A model generated the notes under the pieces. It did no database searches, was not told where the DNA came from, and was given only the letters and a program-made list of their open reading frames with translations. A program made the translations under genes and the position numbers. A stretch of 64,000 nucleotides of DNA from Octopus sinensis (taxonomy: Eukaryota): contig NC_043005.1 of the NCBI RefSeq assembly GCF_006345805.1, positions 56,730,001 through 56,794,000 on the forward strand. The letters run 5' to 3'. Within the stretch, counting starts at the first letter, position 1. Each line of letters opens with the position of its first letter. Shown in pieces: positions 51,702-64,000 of this stretch.

Positions 51702-52284
51702 TTCCTCAATGGGAAAAATCAACTTCAACAAAAATTAACGATATAACACACGATAATCAACAGCAATATAACAACAGCAATAATCAACAATAAATTCACG
51801 TTCTACTCACAATTATAACTCAACTTCAATTTTTTTTTACCAACACGAACTGCCAATCACTCACAGTTCTTTAATTTATGACAATGAGTCAGTCCACCAT
51901 TAGTTACTTGGGGGATGGTTGGAATCCTTCCACTACATCTCCCCTTTTTAGAATAAGTCTCCCCTATCATCTCCTCTTTTCAGAATTGAACTCTGCTCCG
52001 AGTTTTAATATCTCTTACGTTTAGGGTTCAATTCCAATGTTTGCGTTTTCTGGTGCTAGAACGTGTAGTTTCAAATTGCTTGGGTGTTGGTACCTTAAAC
52101 GTGTCATACAATATTTCCATAGGAATTCCATTTCTCGTGTTTGTTTTTCCGTCAATCTTTTCTTAAGCTGGTTAATATGTCTTTTGTATTCGACATTTTG
52201 GATCTTTTCTAAAAGATGGACAGAATTTTCTACTTAACTAAATAATTTGAAACTTCGTATAATTCTTTGAGCTAAATACCACTT

Positions 52285-52296
52285 ATGAAACAAAAG
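52285..52296 (+). CDS. Candidate first coding micro-segment (MKQK) of the fucosyltransferase-like gene
   Basis: ATGAAACAAAAG|gtactt gives a phase-0 join producing MKQK-KPVCQF, a basic cytoplasmic tail; the donor is non-optimal. Confidence 0.3.
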
Positions 52297-52611
52297 GTAC
52301 TTAGGGTAGTGTTGAGAGAATTCAGAATTATCCTCATTAGAAATTCACTGCCTGTGTTACAAATGTCTTTGGAATCAACACATTCTTGCTTCACACATGT
52401 TGGCTAGTCAAAAGGTGAAGGAAATTATCATTGCTAGTTATATAGATAGGTTCTGTAGTAGCCACTGTCACATAATGTGTAGGAAACTCAATTTTCTATC
52501 TTTGCATTTGTGTTGGAACTCTGTCCTGCTGTATTTGATGTTCAAATGCTGTTTCACTTTTGTTCATGCTGAATGTCACAAGGTTTCATAGAACTTCTCT
52601 CCCTACAAATT

Positions 52612-52642
<31 letters not shown>

Positions 52643-53485
52643 TTCAAAGGCATGTGCAATCTGATTGTTCACAAAACCAACTCGTTTAAACAGGTTATTT
52701 GATAAAACATACCAGTCGTCATCATCATCATCATCATCATAACAAACCTCCTCATCCCCATCACCACTATCATCATCATCATAATTGTTTTAACAGTTGC
52801 TTTTCCATGCTTTCATGGGTTAGATAGAGTTCACCGTAGCAGATTTTCTATAGCTGGATGCCTTTCCTGCCATCAACCTTTGCCTGTTTCCAAGTAGGTT
52901 AGTATTTCTTCATAGTCAGACATATTGGTTTCAAATTGTGGTACAGGTCGGCAGTTTTTGAAGGGAAGGGGAATTCGAATGCATCGTCCCTAGTACTTGA
53001 CTGGTACTTGCTTTATTGACCCTGGAAGGATGAAAGGCAAAGTTACCCTAGGCGCTATTTCAGCTCAGAATGTAAAAATGAACAAAATACCCGCAAGCAT
53101 TTTGTTTGGTATGCTCTCAGTTCTACTAGCTCACCACCTTCCCATGGTCAGACATATTTCCACAGAATACTGGAAATGAATGATATTTATTTTCAGTAAT
53201 CATATATTGTCAAGACAAGGAGACATAAACATCCATACACTCACACACATACATAGTATAAATATAGTAGAAGACACTTGTCCAAGGTGTCAGCAGTGGG
53301 ACGGAACTTCAAACTTTGTGGTTGGGAAGCAAACTTCTTAACCATAGAGCCATGCCTCTACCTGTATATTAATTAATAAAATAGAAACAAAGAATTGTAA
53401 TATGGGATATTTTTTATTTGTTAATGTATTATATTACTAGGTTGTTATATATTTAATGATTTCTATTTCTCTTTATTATTTCTAG

Positions 53486-54634
53486 AAACCAGTCTGTCAA
53501 TTCATTGTTGTGGTCAGCATCTTCTTTCTACTGGTTGCCTGGCACCAATATACTGCAAATAAACAATATACAGTAACAACCTCAAGCAAACATAATCAAA
53601 AGTTAATTGATGAAACACGTCAAAAACAGAAGAAAAATTTAAGTCTGATGGAACAGAAATTGCTTCAGTTAAACAACAAAACTAAATATGTTATTTTTCG
53701 TTGTGTTGGTCGTAGTCTTTGTGGAGGTTGGGGAGATAGGCAGCATGGAATAATCTCTGTATATTTAATGGCACTGACCATGGGTCGGCGCTTTGGAATT
53801 ATTATTTCAAGACCTTGCGATATTTCTAAATATCTTCAACCAAACAAAGTTAACTGGAAGATTGACTCAAAAGAGTTGCATGGCTTAAAAAGTCGTTACC
53901 TTAATTTGGTTGATGGGAATAAGTACATTTCCTCTTTACAATCAGCAGACTTAGAAACACTTTACCCTGAAGATGTCCTCTATGTGAGTACAAACAGAAT
54001 CTTTTTTTATGTCTTGAAAAAGAATGCTCGATACAAAGAACAATTACTTTGGGCATCACAAAAGTCATATGGAAATATATTTGCTAAAGTGATGAATTTA
54101 TTGTTTCGCTTCAGTGATCTTCTTCAGGCAAAATTTGACAAATTCTTTGAAGTCAATATTCCCAAAACAAATATGCATCTGGTGTGTGCTCAGATTCGAA
54201 TTGGAAAAAACCCCAGTGTGCCAGGAGATAACCGAAGGAATTCAATGTCAGATGTTCAGAATGTGTGGAACTTCTTAAGTAAATACAATAACACCAGCAA
54301 GTACAAAATATTTGTGACCACAGACTCAAAGGAGGTGCAGGATATAGCTTCAAAAAAATTTTCTTCTCAATTCATGTATACCTCTGGGGAAATAATTCAT
54401 GTGGATAGGCTCCGTAAAGGTGTGAAAGATACATGTGACGCTCTAAGGAAGATTCTTATGGACCAATATATTTTGACTAAATGTGATACATTGTTAGTGA
54501 GCAGAAGTGGTTTTGGTGAAAATGCTTTGCTAATGAGAGAAAAAGAAAATAACATTTTTCATTTTAAAAATGGAAAAGTAACACGTATCAACATAGAAAA
54601 ATTTTTTCCTGGCTGGGAAAAAACTTGGTTGTGA
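53486..54634 (+). CDS. Type II membrane GDP-fucose-dependent fucosyltransferase-like protein (FUT8/NodZ/POFUT-like GT-B fold), main exon
   Basis: tttctag|AAACCA acceptor in frame; N-terminal TM (FIVVVSIFFLLVAW); CGGWGDRQHGI, motif I-like CAQIRIG, motif II KIFVTTDS, motif III DQYILTKCDTLLVSRSGFG; uninterrupted ORF. Confidence 0.78.
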   Translation, partial: KPVCQFIVVVSIFFLLVAWHQYTANKQYTVTTSSKHNQKLIDETRQKQKKNLSLMEQKLLQLNNKTKYVIFRCVGRSLCGGWGDRQHGIISVYLMALTMGRRFGIIISRPCDISKYLQPNKVNWKIDSKELHGLKSRYLNLVDGNKYISSLQSADLETLYPEDVLYVSTNRIFFYVLKKNARYKEQLLWASQKSYGNIFAKVMNLLFRFSDLLQAKFDKFFEVNIPKTNMHLVCAQIRIGKNPSVPGDNRRNSMSDVQNVWNFLSKYNNTSKYKIFVTTDSKEVQDIASKKFSSQFMYTSGEIIHVDRLRKGVKDTCDALRKILMDQYILTKCDTLLVSRSGFGENALLMREKENNIFHFKNGKVTRINIEKFFPGWEKTWL

Positions 54635-54899
54635 ACTAGGGGCTTTTGACACACAGAATCTAAAAATGACATCCATTTATTATCACTATGTCAAGATTTT
54701 AAGGTACTGGATCCATAGAATTTCATTGTTTTTTCAATAAAACAGCTTTTGAGGAGCAAGGCATAACATACAACCATATGTAGAAATTGGTTTTCCTTCA
54801 AAACCAGAATGTTTTCTTAAAATTTTCCAATAGAACTAGTAAAAGTTTTAAAATTTTTACTGACAAATTATATCATTGCTTGTGCCTAATTTCCCATGA

Positions 54900-55560
54900 A
54901 TGTCTATTTGGATGATTTTCTTGAGTGATGAACCTCAGGGAGATCATGAGCAAAGTTATAGTAATACTTCACCATCATTCATAAGTCGCATTTGCCTTGA
55001 TACCTTTGTTTTTATGTCCTGCTGGAAATGTTCTCTCTGCTCATCACTTGCATCACCAAGATTTTCAAGGAATTTATCGTGGTAACCATGGAGATAGTGC
55101 TTTATGCTCATATTTGCTCCTAACTTTTGAAAGTTGTCCAGCATGTTGCTGACAATTTTGGCATAGTTGACTGCTTTCTTGTTGTCCAGAAAGCTATTTA
55201 CAACTATTACAAATAAATTTCATGCTGCTGCTTCAAAGCAATTCATTGAATTTATCAAGTTCTCATTTTTAATCAATTTTCTTATGTGAGGCCCATCAAA
55301 TATTCCAGCATTTATCTTATCACTGCTCAGCCTGGGAAATGTGCTGCAAACAAACTGCTCCATAATGCCAAGGTTGAGATGGAGTGGAGGTAGGATGTTT
55401 TTCTCCAGTTGAATTAAAAAGCTCTTCAACCACATTAAAAGACCCTGGAACTAATATTTGCTATGGCCATTCTTTGATCATCCAATGTTTTTCCTTGGCT
55501 GTAAATTTCAGACTAAATTTCCACAGATAAATAATGCATTTTTCTGAAAAATGAGGAAAT
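54900..55560 (-). mobile_element. 3' fragment of the same uncharacterised transposase family as 11690-12657
   Basis: ILPPLHLNLGIMEQFV, AGIFDGPHIRKL, DKFLENLGDASDEQREHFQQDIK. Confidence 0.7.
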
Positions 55561-56394
55561 TGCAAAATTTGTTGAGGTTGGGTGTCTTGAAATCTAGATA
55601 TGATAATAAAAAATGGATTTCATTTTTAGATTCAACATTTCAAAAACCTTCAAACCAAGTTAAAATGTCCTGACAACAAAATACCTGTTGGATTGTGTAA
55701 TTAGACTTGATAAGTGATTTCAAATGTTTGTCTTGCTCACCTTCATCACAAAGCATTAGTTGTCCCAGGGATTTAGTAGAAGATAACTGCTTTAACTGAT
55801 TGAACCAAAAGCCATATGACTGAGAAGTGGACTTCTTAACTACACAACCATGCCTGCACTTGTTCAAGAGTATTTGGTTCCATGTTCTTTAGTCAAATGC
55901 TACAAATTCTGGCTTTGCTTCTTATTCCTGTTTTATTTGAAAAAGTACCTGTAATATAATGAGGATAATTAAAATGACTGTTATTCCTGACCCTATAAAA
56001 ATTAAACTTATATTAAGTCAGCAGATATATCATTACAGGGTGATGAATCTGTAGGAAATGGCTGGGAGACCAAAAGTTTTAGCAGTTAACTATTCAAAGT
56101 CTTCAAACAACAGATTTCCCTTGCCTCAGTTCTGAATTAAAACATTTACACAGTATTTTTCTCAATTTCTAATCTTAATCCATTTTATTATAAAGTCAGT
56201 CTTGTAAATGGAGACATCGAATCTCAAGAAAGCTGCTGTTTGTTTAATAGTTAAACCTGTTACAAATTTCTACTTATATTTTTTTATGTTTATCTCGGGG
56301 TTATGAATAAAAGTAACATAAATTTTGTTTCCCAGTCTCTCTTTATGTTTATCCAAATTTAATTCTATCGTTCTTTATCTCTCAACTATTCCCT

Positions 56395-56409
56395 ATCTTG
56401 CTCTCTCTC

Positions 56410-56488
<79 letters not shown>

Positions 56489-56490
56489 AT
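56395..56490. repeat. (CT)n microsatellite
   Basis: Direct reading. Confidence 0.95.
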
Positions 56491-56630
56491 AACTGTTTCT
56501 CTGTTACCCACTCAAGGATCTCTTATCTCTTTTGATATTTTTCAGTTTTCTCTTTATCTTTCATTCTCTCTCACTTTCTCTTTCTCTCAATGTATAAATG
56601 TATGAATGCATACACTGCATATATATTCAT

Positions 56631-56663
<33 letters not shown>

Positions 56664-58480
56664 GAAATTCTGGGTGAGTACTTGATAATTGTAAGCACCT
56701 GTATACACCGTTTGGTGGTGTAGGTGGTGGAGTAAATTAATCAAAATAAAAACATGATGCCAAGGATTCAGCGGTACATATGTTTCGGGCCTTTATTAGA
56801 CGGATTTATAACAATGCATAATGTATGTCTGTGGCCTTCTTCAGCCGCGCACAACAACTTCCACAAGGACATGTATTACATCAAAAATTCTTGGTTGGGG
56901 ATGCAAATCCTCCCATTCGCATACGACATAATGCGGCAACAGCATAAGAATGAAGCATCCATCTCGTTCTTCTCTCAATGTAGAATGAGGAAATTTGGAT
57001 GTTGAAGTAATGTAAATAAATTAATAAATAAATATATACATATATAAATATATAAATGTAGACAGACGTGTAGGAATCTGCTAATAAGAGTGAATAGAGA
57101 TAAAGATGGAGGGGCGAGAATTCAGGACGAAGGATAAAAAATATATAAAAAAATATATAAAAAGTGTAAGTATATAAAAAAAATATAAAAATGTAGAGTG
57201 TAAAGATATAAAGAGATATAAAAAATATAAAAGAATATAAATGAATATAAAGGTATAAAGTTATAAAAATAAAAATAGAAATAAAAATAATAAAAAATGT
57301 AAAAGAATATAAGGATAAGGGATATATAGTAGTTACGGACCAAACATGGTGGTCAGGAAAATGACAAATTCTGGTTGTAGAAGTCTGGGGTGTCGTAAAT
57401 CAACAGGAGCGTCTGGGGACTTAGTGTATTGTAAATCAGAGATGTTGAGCAGCTTATCTGGTTCTTCGTATTAAGTGGTCATCTTGTACATACGTACCCG
57501 CATGGATGCATACACCCATATACACGCGCACATATACGCACGCATACCTATAATCATAAAGTGAATACATAGATAAGTAAATAAGGAAAAAGCTAAAAAT
57601 AGACATATAGAGAGATATAAAGTGATAAAATAGGGGTAAAAATAGGAGTAAGAATGAGGGTAAGAATAAGAATTAGAAATAAAAATAAGAAATAAAATAT
57701 AAAAATCATAAAAACTATAAAAATTAAAATATAGAATGAAAATAAAAATAAGAATAAAGGTAAAGCAAAATAAAATAGGATAAAATAAAATAAAAATATA
57801 ATCAGGTAAAGCTTAACATGAGATGAGGGTAAAAATAAAAGGTGGTTGAAAGTGTAAAGTTAAAGGTGTGTGCTAAATGTGACCACGTAGGGGCGGGCGG
57901 GGGGAACTGAAAATTGGAAGGGTGGGAAGCGGGGTTTGGTGGTGTGCGCTCAACATCAGAGTTAGAAATGGGAAAAGGTATAGATATAGGGAAACAAAAA
58001 ATCTAGATAGGAAGAATGTAGGTGTAGGAGAAGAAATATATAGGGGAAAAAAATATATGGGAGACAAAATGTGTATATATAGGAAAAAGTAGGAAAATAT
58101 ATATATAGGAAAACGGGATGTGCTGGAGCCGACAGGTTGCACAGGGTGGGAGGAACTTGCATGGGAGAGTTGGTATAATAGTCTAAGCTTTGTAGTATTT
58201 GAAAGTATTAATAAGCTTGTGTATACAGGATGGATTTTGGTAAATTGTGCCTTTCGAAACACGTGTAGAATGAAATAAAACGATTTCTGTTCAATCTGCG
58301 TTCAGCTCCATTTCTTCAATTCACCAATAATATTTTAATTTCAATTATCCGCACCAACGCACGGTTGCAACACCATATGGTTGTACCTCCAACCGTGCTG
58401 TTTACTGCTGTGATTTTTGCTACCAAGGTATCGGTTAAACTTTTGATTAATCTACTACAAGATTATTCATCTTTCTATTT

Positions 58481-58556
<76 letters not shown>

Positions 58557-58559
<3 letters not shown>

Positions 58560-59541
58560 TAATTGTTTTTATGTCTAGTTTCGGCACACAAGCTGTACTG
58601 GGGCACCGCTCTTTGATGTTGCTACATAATTTTAATTCACAAATGCTTTTTAGGAATTGACAGTTTGATGTAGCTGCCCTCATCTGCACCTCCTGCCACA
58701 AAGTTGGTTCATCTGGGACACTTGACAGTAAGAGGTCCAGCCTTATTTTGAAGACACCAAGATCCACCCCATGCAGGTTTCTCAGGTCCTTCAAGAGGAT
58801 ATTGAAGAGCCATGGACCTTTGAAGCCCAGGCTATTGCAGTATCTTGCCCCTATATCTTGATAGCAAATTTGGAGTCCTTGGCACTATGCAGTGGCGCCC
58901 AGTTCTAGTATTTGTGTAACTCTCGATGCCAAAATTTGGGACAAGTCCTTCCAGGATCTTCCAGATGTATATTATGGCATATCTTTCTTGCCTACACTCT
59001 AAAGAAAAGAGTCTTAATCTTTTGTGTCTTTCCCAATAGCTTATATGCTGCATAGAGGTTATCTTCTTCATGTAGCTTCATTGGATTGCCTCAAGTTGAG
59101 ATTAATTTGACACTTGTTGGTGACCATAGGTGGGAGCAATAGTCAAAGTGGCTTAGGACAAGTGTCCTCCACAGCACCATTATGGTTTCCTGATCTCTTG
59201 TTCTGAAATTCTAAGAATTCATCCGGTCAGCTACCTACATTTCATAGCCAGTTTAGCAACATGCACATGAAAGGTTACTTCATTACTCATGTAAATGCCC
59301 AGGTCTCGCACTGACTGTGCCTCTGGGATTGCAGTCCCTCCAGGTCCAGTGTATTTAATGGGTATTGCATTTAGTTTTGCAAGGAAGCTCTGAGAGAGGG
59401 ACTTGCTTACATACTTTTAGAAGGATTACTGGGAATCCATCAGGGCCAGTAGCTGAGTTTGGGTTCGTTTCATCTATAGCCCTTATTACATCGTCTTCCT
59501 TTATATTGATGTAATCAATCATCATTGCCTCTGTTTTTATA
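58557..59541 (-). mobile_element. LINE 3' end (copy 2)
   Basis: ORF 58832-59071 is identical to 3056-3295. Confidence 0.75.
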
Positions 59542-59605
59542 TCTGCAGTGTGTATATGTGTGTGTGTGTGTATGTTTGTGTGTATGTGTGAGTATATATA
59601 TAAGG

Positions 59606-61155
59606 AACAACTATATAATGGCTACCGTCCCAGCCACCGCATTCATTTTTTAGACCCAATATGCAAACACAGAGACACAAGATAGCACCAAACAGGCAGG
59701 AGGAACCAAAAGTGATAAAAATTATTAATCTAACTCACAATGAACTAATAGCAAACCAAATAAATATACTCTCCAAAGGACTCAAGTTTACACCCACCCC
59801 ACAACACCCCAACTACAATGAAATGAAAGAAGACATCGCAGAATTCTGTAGAAAATTACGACTTACTGAGGAGCTATATGACAAATTCAACGAGGACGAA
59901 TCGTTGGTCAGAAATAGGAGTATCTACACCCCCTCAAAAGGTAAGAACAAAACACTTAATCGTTTCTGTGAACACATCTCGAATTACCCATATCAACACA
60001 TGCACAAACAAAAACCCAAACCAAACTTCAGCAAAAAAGGATGGGCTGAGCTGAACAAATTAAAAAATGACAAAGCAATAACAATCAAAGAGGCCGATAA
60101 AGGGAGTACAGTTGTTTTAATGGACACGACATTTTACATAACTTTAGTACTATCTATGTTGGAAGACACAACATATTATGGAAAGGCACAAAACTACAGT
60201 CAACAAAAAATAATGAGGGATCTAAAATCCATGTTAACCCCATACAAAGAAGGGCTCACCGACAAAGAATATGACTATATGACCAATTTCACAAGTAAAA
60301 CCAGTCAATTCTACGGTATTCCCAAGATACACAAAAGTGAGAAAATAAGTAATGCATGCAAGATAACCAGACAAAATAATTAAAGTCCCTAATCCTAATG
60401 ACCTCAAATTGAGACCTACAATAGCAGGTCCCGCATGCGAAACCCACCGCCTGAGTAACTTTTTAGATACCCTCTTAAAACCACTCCTCAAACATGTCAA
60501 AAGCTATATAAGGGACGACCTGGATATGCTCAATCACCTACCTAATACTATAAACAAAAACACCCTACTAGTATCCTTCGATGTAGTCAACCTCTATTCC
60601 AATATCCCCCACAACCTAGGAATAGAGGCAATTCAATTCTGGCTAGAGAATCACGCCAACGAACTCCCACATCGCATCAAAAAAGAATTCGTGATAGAAG
60701 GGGTTAAATTCATCCTGGAAAATAACTACTTCGCCTTCAAAGACAACTTCTACCGACAAAAATCGGGGACTGCGATGGGTACGCGAATGGCCCCCTCCTT
60801 TGCCAACCTAGTCATGGGATATCTAGAAATCAGTCTGTATCGTAAGGTTCTAGAAAGATATGGCAGCCCTTTTTCCCTCTACATAGAAAACAACTGGAAG
60901 AGATACCTAGATGACTGTTTCATCCTTTGGCATGAAAATATTGAGAAACTCAAAGAATTCCAAGCAATTTTAAATGGACTGGACGTAAACATCCAATTCA
61001 CGATGGAATTTAGCCAGCAACAACTCCCCTTCCTCGACATCCTCATTAAGAAATCTAATAATGTAATAGAAACAGATATATGCTACAAGCCTACGGATTA
61101 TAAGCAATATCTTCCTTTCAATTCATGCCACCCCAGAATTAATATTCCCTTCAAT
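59606..61155 (+). mobile_element. PLE RT (copy 2)
   Basis: ORFs 59661-60383 and 60409-61566; same frameshift as copy 1; retains LPFLD. Confidence 0.92.
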
Positions 61156-61550
61156 CTTCGTCGAGATTTTCAATGGGTTTTCGTCATCGCTGACATCCCG
61201 CATCCTATTCTCGGCGCTGATTTCTTGGATAGGTTTAATCTATTGGTGGATGTCAGGCGTCGGAGGCTTCTTGACAGCACGACGTCGCTCTCTACGCCGA
61301 CTAGGAGTTCCACCAATGCGGTCCTTAGCCCGACATTCTTTGTTGCTACCTCTGGAGACGCTTTTCACTCTCTTTTGGCTTCATTTCCGGAGCTAGTGGA
61401 CATTGCCTTTCAACCGGAAAAGCCTACCCACTCGACCCTTCATTTTATCACCACCACTGGGCCGCCTGTATTTTCGCGCCCACGGCGCCTTGCGCCTGAC
61501 CGTCTAAAAGCGGCTAGGGCCGAGTTTGAGCACATGCTCCAACTTGGCCT
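61156..61550 (+). mobile_element. Gypsy protease-region fragment (copy 2)
   Basis: As copy 1; reads PVFSRPRRL. Confidence 0.88.
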
Positions 61551-62087
61551 TATGAAACAATTATGAGCTATTCCATTATACACTTTATTATAAAAAATTC
61601 TTTTTGATAAGGTTCGTTATTTCAAGAGAAGAAACATGTAAAAATTAAAATTTATCTAATATAGTGGCATTTTCAAACTTCTTTTTTACAAATATATATA
61701 TATATATATATATACATATGTATCCACACATATACAAATCCAATAGTGACCACAATATGTTTAGTACATTGACTCGTACTATGTACATAACTATGTACTA
61801 AAAGCCAAAAATCAATAAATATCAATATACATAAATATAAAGATAAATTTACACACAAGTACCAGTATATAAAAAATACAAATATGTACACACAAAAAAC
61901 ACTTATATCAAAATATATAAATACACAAACATTCATATACAAATACATATATTATGCACTTATACATAGATATACAAAAAATAATATGCCCATAACCCTT
62001 TACAATTTTGTATTTCTAAATATAATAAAGTAAAAAAGCTCTTAACAACTATTTATATCTATTTTAAAGGGTATTTAGAAATAAGTA

Positions 62088-62628
62088 TTATTTGTATCTA
62101 GAGAAAGTATACGCCAGTCTATGAAGGCATGAAACATTTCGTTCCTTAAAATTGTTAATAATTGGTAAATTAGCCCTAATTATAAAGAAAATCTCATTAA
62201 TGCATAATGAGCATTTTCTATTCCTATTATTATACGCTGGTGCAGATATAAGTATTTTCCATTGCAAATTATAATTGATTTTTTTTGCCCTTAAGCTCCC
62301 ATATATATGCACCTAACCCTGTAGAATTAATCCTATTCCTATTTTTAAAAGTATATCTGTGATAATTAAGTCTCTGTTTCAAATTATTCTTAGTAGCCCC
62401 AATATATACTCTATTATCATATTGTGTACTTACTATGCATTGGTATACTACCTCCTTTTTCAAACAGTCATTATTGAAGACACAATTTTCCTTAATTCTA
62501 CAATTGCACCTATTATCTTGCTGTAATTGCTTTACTTTATTATGATTACTTGCTGCTGTATTCTTATCAATATTATGATTATTAATATTACTATCATTAT
62601 TACTTATTATTCCCATATGCATCGGCAT
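62088..62628 (-). pseudogene. GIY-YIG endonuclease (copy 2), frameshifted in an A-run near 62280
   Basis: Split into ORFs 62269-62628 and 62088-62312. Confidence 0.8.
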
Positions 62629-63333
62629 ATTATTATTGATAATATTGCTCTCGTTATATTTTACGTTATTATTATTATTATTATTACATACAGAGTTGTA
62701 TATACATATATATGTATGTAGATATGTGTTTTTGTTTGTATATTTGTTGACAGTACATGATGGTTTTCTCGTCCACTTTCATGTGTGCATGCTTGTGTAT
62801 GTGCGATTGGATGCATAAATATATTTGTATGTGTTCCATTAAATGCAAGTTTGCGTTGTCCACTGTATACTTTTTTGTGGAAGTGTGCGTGGATGTGTAT
62901 GTGTGTGTAGGTGCAATTCGGGGGTGTTGGGTGAGATAGAGGATATGGTTGTTTATGTTTACGTAGTGCGTAGCTATATGTAGGTTTGCCTTGTCCATCG
63001 TTTACTTTTTGGTGCAGGAGTTCATTAAGTTGACCAAAATTACGACAACCAAGAATCACTACTGTTGCTCCCATCGGAACACAAGGTAAAATCTATAATG
63101 AACTCCTGCACTACACTTGACAAAACAGTGAGGAACGACTTACAGCTTATAATATATTTTTCGCCTTTTCAAGAACATGGATTCTATTGAATGTATATAG
63201 CATGGACTCTATTGAATGTATGTAACAATTATGAACTGTTCCATTATACTTTTTATGTATATAGCATGGACTCTATTGAATGTATGAAACAATTATGAAC
63301 TATTCCATTATACTCTTTATTATAAAAAAATTC

Positions 63334-63376
63334 TTTTTGATAAGGTTCGTTATTTCAAGAACCGAAACATGTAAAA
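63334..63376 (+). ncRNA. U3-A8 hammerhead-like motif (copy 2, repeat B); the repeat A copy at ~61601-61643 has a broken stem II
   Basis: TTGATAA-ggttc...gaacc-GAAACATGTA here, versus ggttc...gagaa at 61626-61630. Confidence 0.5.
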
Positions 63377-63446
63377 TTTAAAATTTATCTAATATAGTGG
63401 CATTTTCAAACTTCTTTTTTACAAATATATACCCACTCGTATACGA

Positions 63447-63489
<43 letters not shown>

Positions 63490-63493
<4 letters not shown>

Positions 63494-64000
63494 TATATTT
63501 CATGTGGGTTTAAAGGACACCTCTAAAAAGGACGGTCCACTCATCCTCTCTGCTGAAGTATTATCTGCTTTCGAGTCCATCAAGAAGGAATTAGTTTCTG
63601 TCCCGTTGCTAGCACATCCGATTCCCGATGCTTCACTCTCGTTAACAGTGGATGCATCGGACACTGCGGTCGGCGCGGTACTGCAACACACAGTGGACGA
63701 TCAGACTCGACCTCTAGCTTTCTTCTCTCGCCAGTTACAACTGGCTGAGCTGCGGTACAGCACTTTTGATCGCAAACTCTTGACGATCTACCTGTCAATT
63801 CGTCGTTTTCAACATCAACTCGAAGGGCGAGATTTTGTGATCTATACTGATCACACGCCTCTTACGTTTGCCCTATCGTCTAAGACGGACAAACTCTTGC
63901 CTCGTGCTTTCCGTCACCTGGATTTTATTTCACAATTTACCAGTGACATTCGTCACATACCTGGAAAAGAGAACGTTCCTGTTGACGCTCTTTCTCGTCT
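63490..64000 (+). mobile_element. Gypsy RNase H region (copy 2, truncated by the window)
   Basis: Matches 7757-8265. Confidence 0.92.

Larger units (their letters stand above)
58557..64000. repeat. Second copy of the composite module 2781-8265 (runs off the window end)
   Basis: Colinear and near-identical at an offset of 55,776 bp; homology starts at the (TA)n tract. Confidence 0.97.

Noticed and set aside
55640-55950. Possible minus-strand exon of the zinc-finger gene
   Set aside because: Stops in the plausible frames and no finger motif.
56772-56812. Minus-strand GAAA-CATATG-TA palindrome
   Set aside because: Core CTAATAA is non-canonical and the stems do not pair.
58232-58270. GAAA-CACGTG-TA palindrome
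   Set aside because: No valid core or stem II upstream.

Overview
AT-rich, microsatellite- and transposon-saturated eukaryotic DNA. The SINE, RTE, mariner and Penelope families look like those of Octopus (coleoid cephalopod) genomes; this is recognition from memory, not a database search. Host genes: (i) four 3' exons of a minus-strand C2H2 zinc-finger gene (31767 to 24693) with phase-consistent splice sites and a Thr/Ala/Glu/Gln-rich tail; its 5' exons were not found; (ii) a plus-strand GT-B fucosyltransferase-like gene (53486-54634). The rest is TE debris: Gypsy, Penelope-like elements (PLE), CR1/L2-group, RTE, R4/Dong-like and Tx1 LINEs, mariner, hAT, Helitron-like elements and tRNA-SINEs. 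Highlights: (1) a 548-bp tandem repeat at the window start in which each full unit carries a type I hammerhead ribozyme (HHR) with a palindromic stem III, resembling a retrozyme or PLE pLTR array; (2) five further sequence-unrelated HHR-like families, several with the compensatory U3-A8 core; (3) a composite module of at least 5.4 kb (LINE 3' end + PLE RT fused in frame to Gypsy protease + RT-less GIY-YIG cassette between HHR-bearing direct repeats + Gypsy RNaseH/integrase) present twice, about 55.8 kb apart, each copy with private mutations. All ribozyme calls are by-eye folds and none has been tested. The first 2.8 kb shows homopolymer noise suggestive of long-read consensus errors. Boundaries of degenerate TE fragments are approximate.
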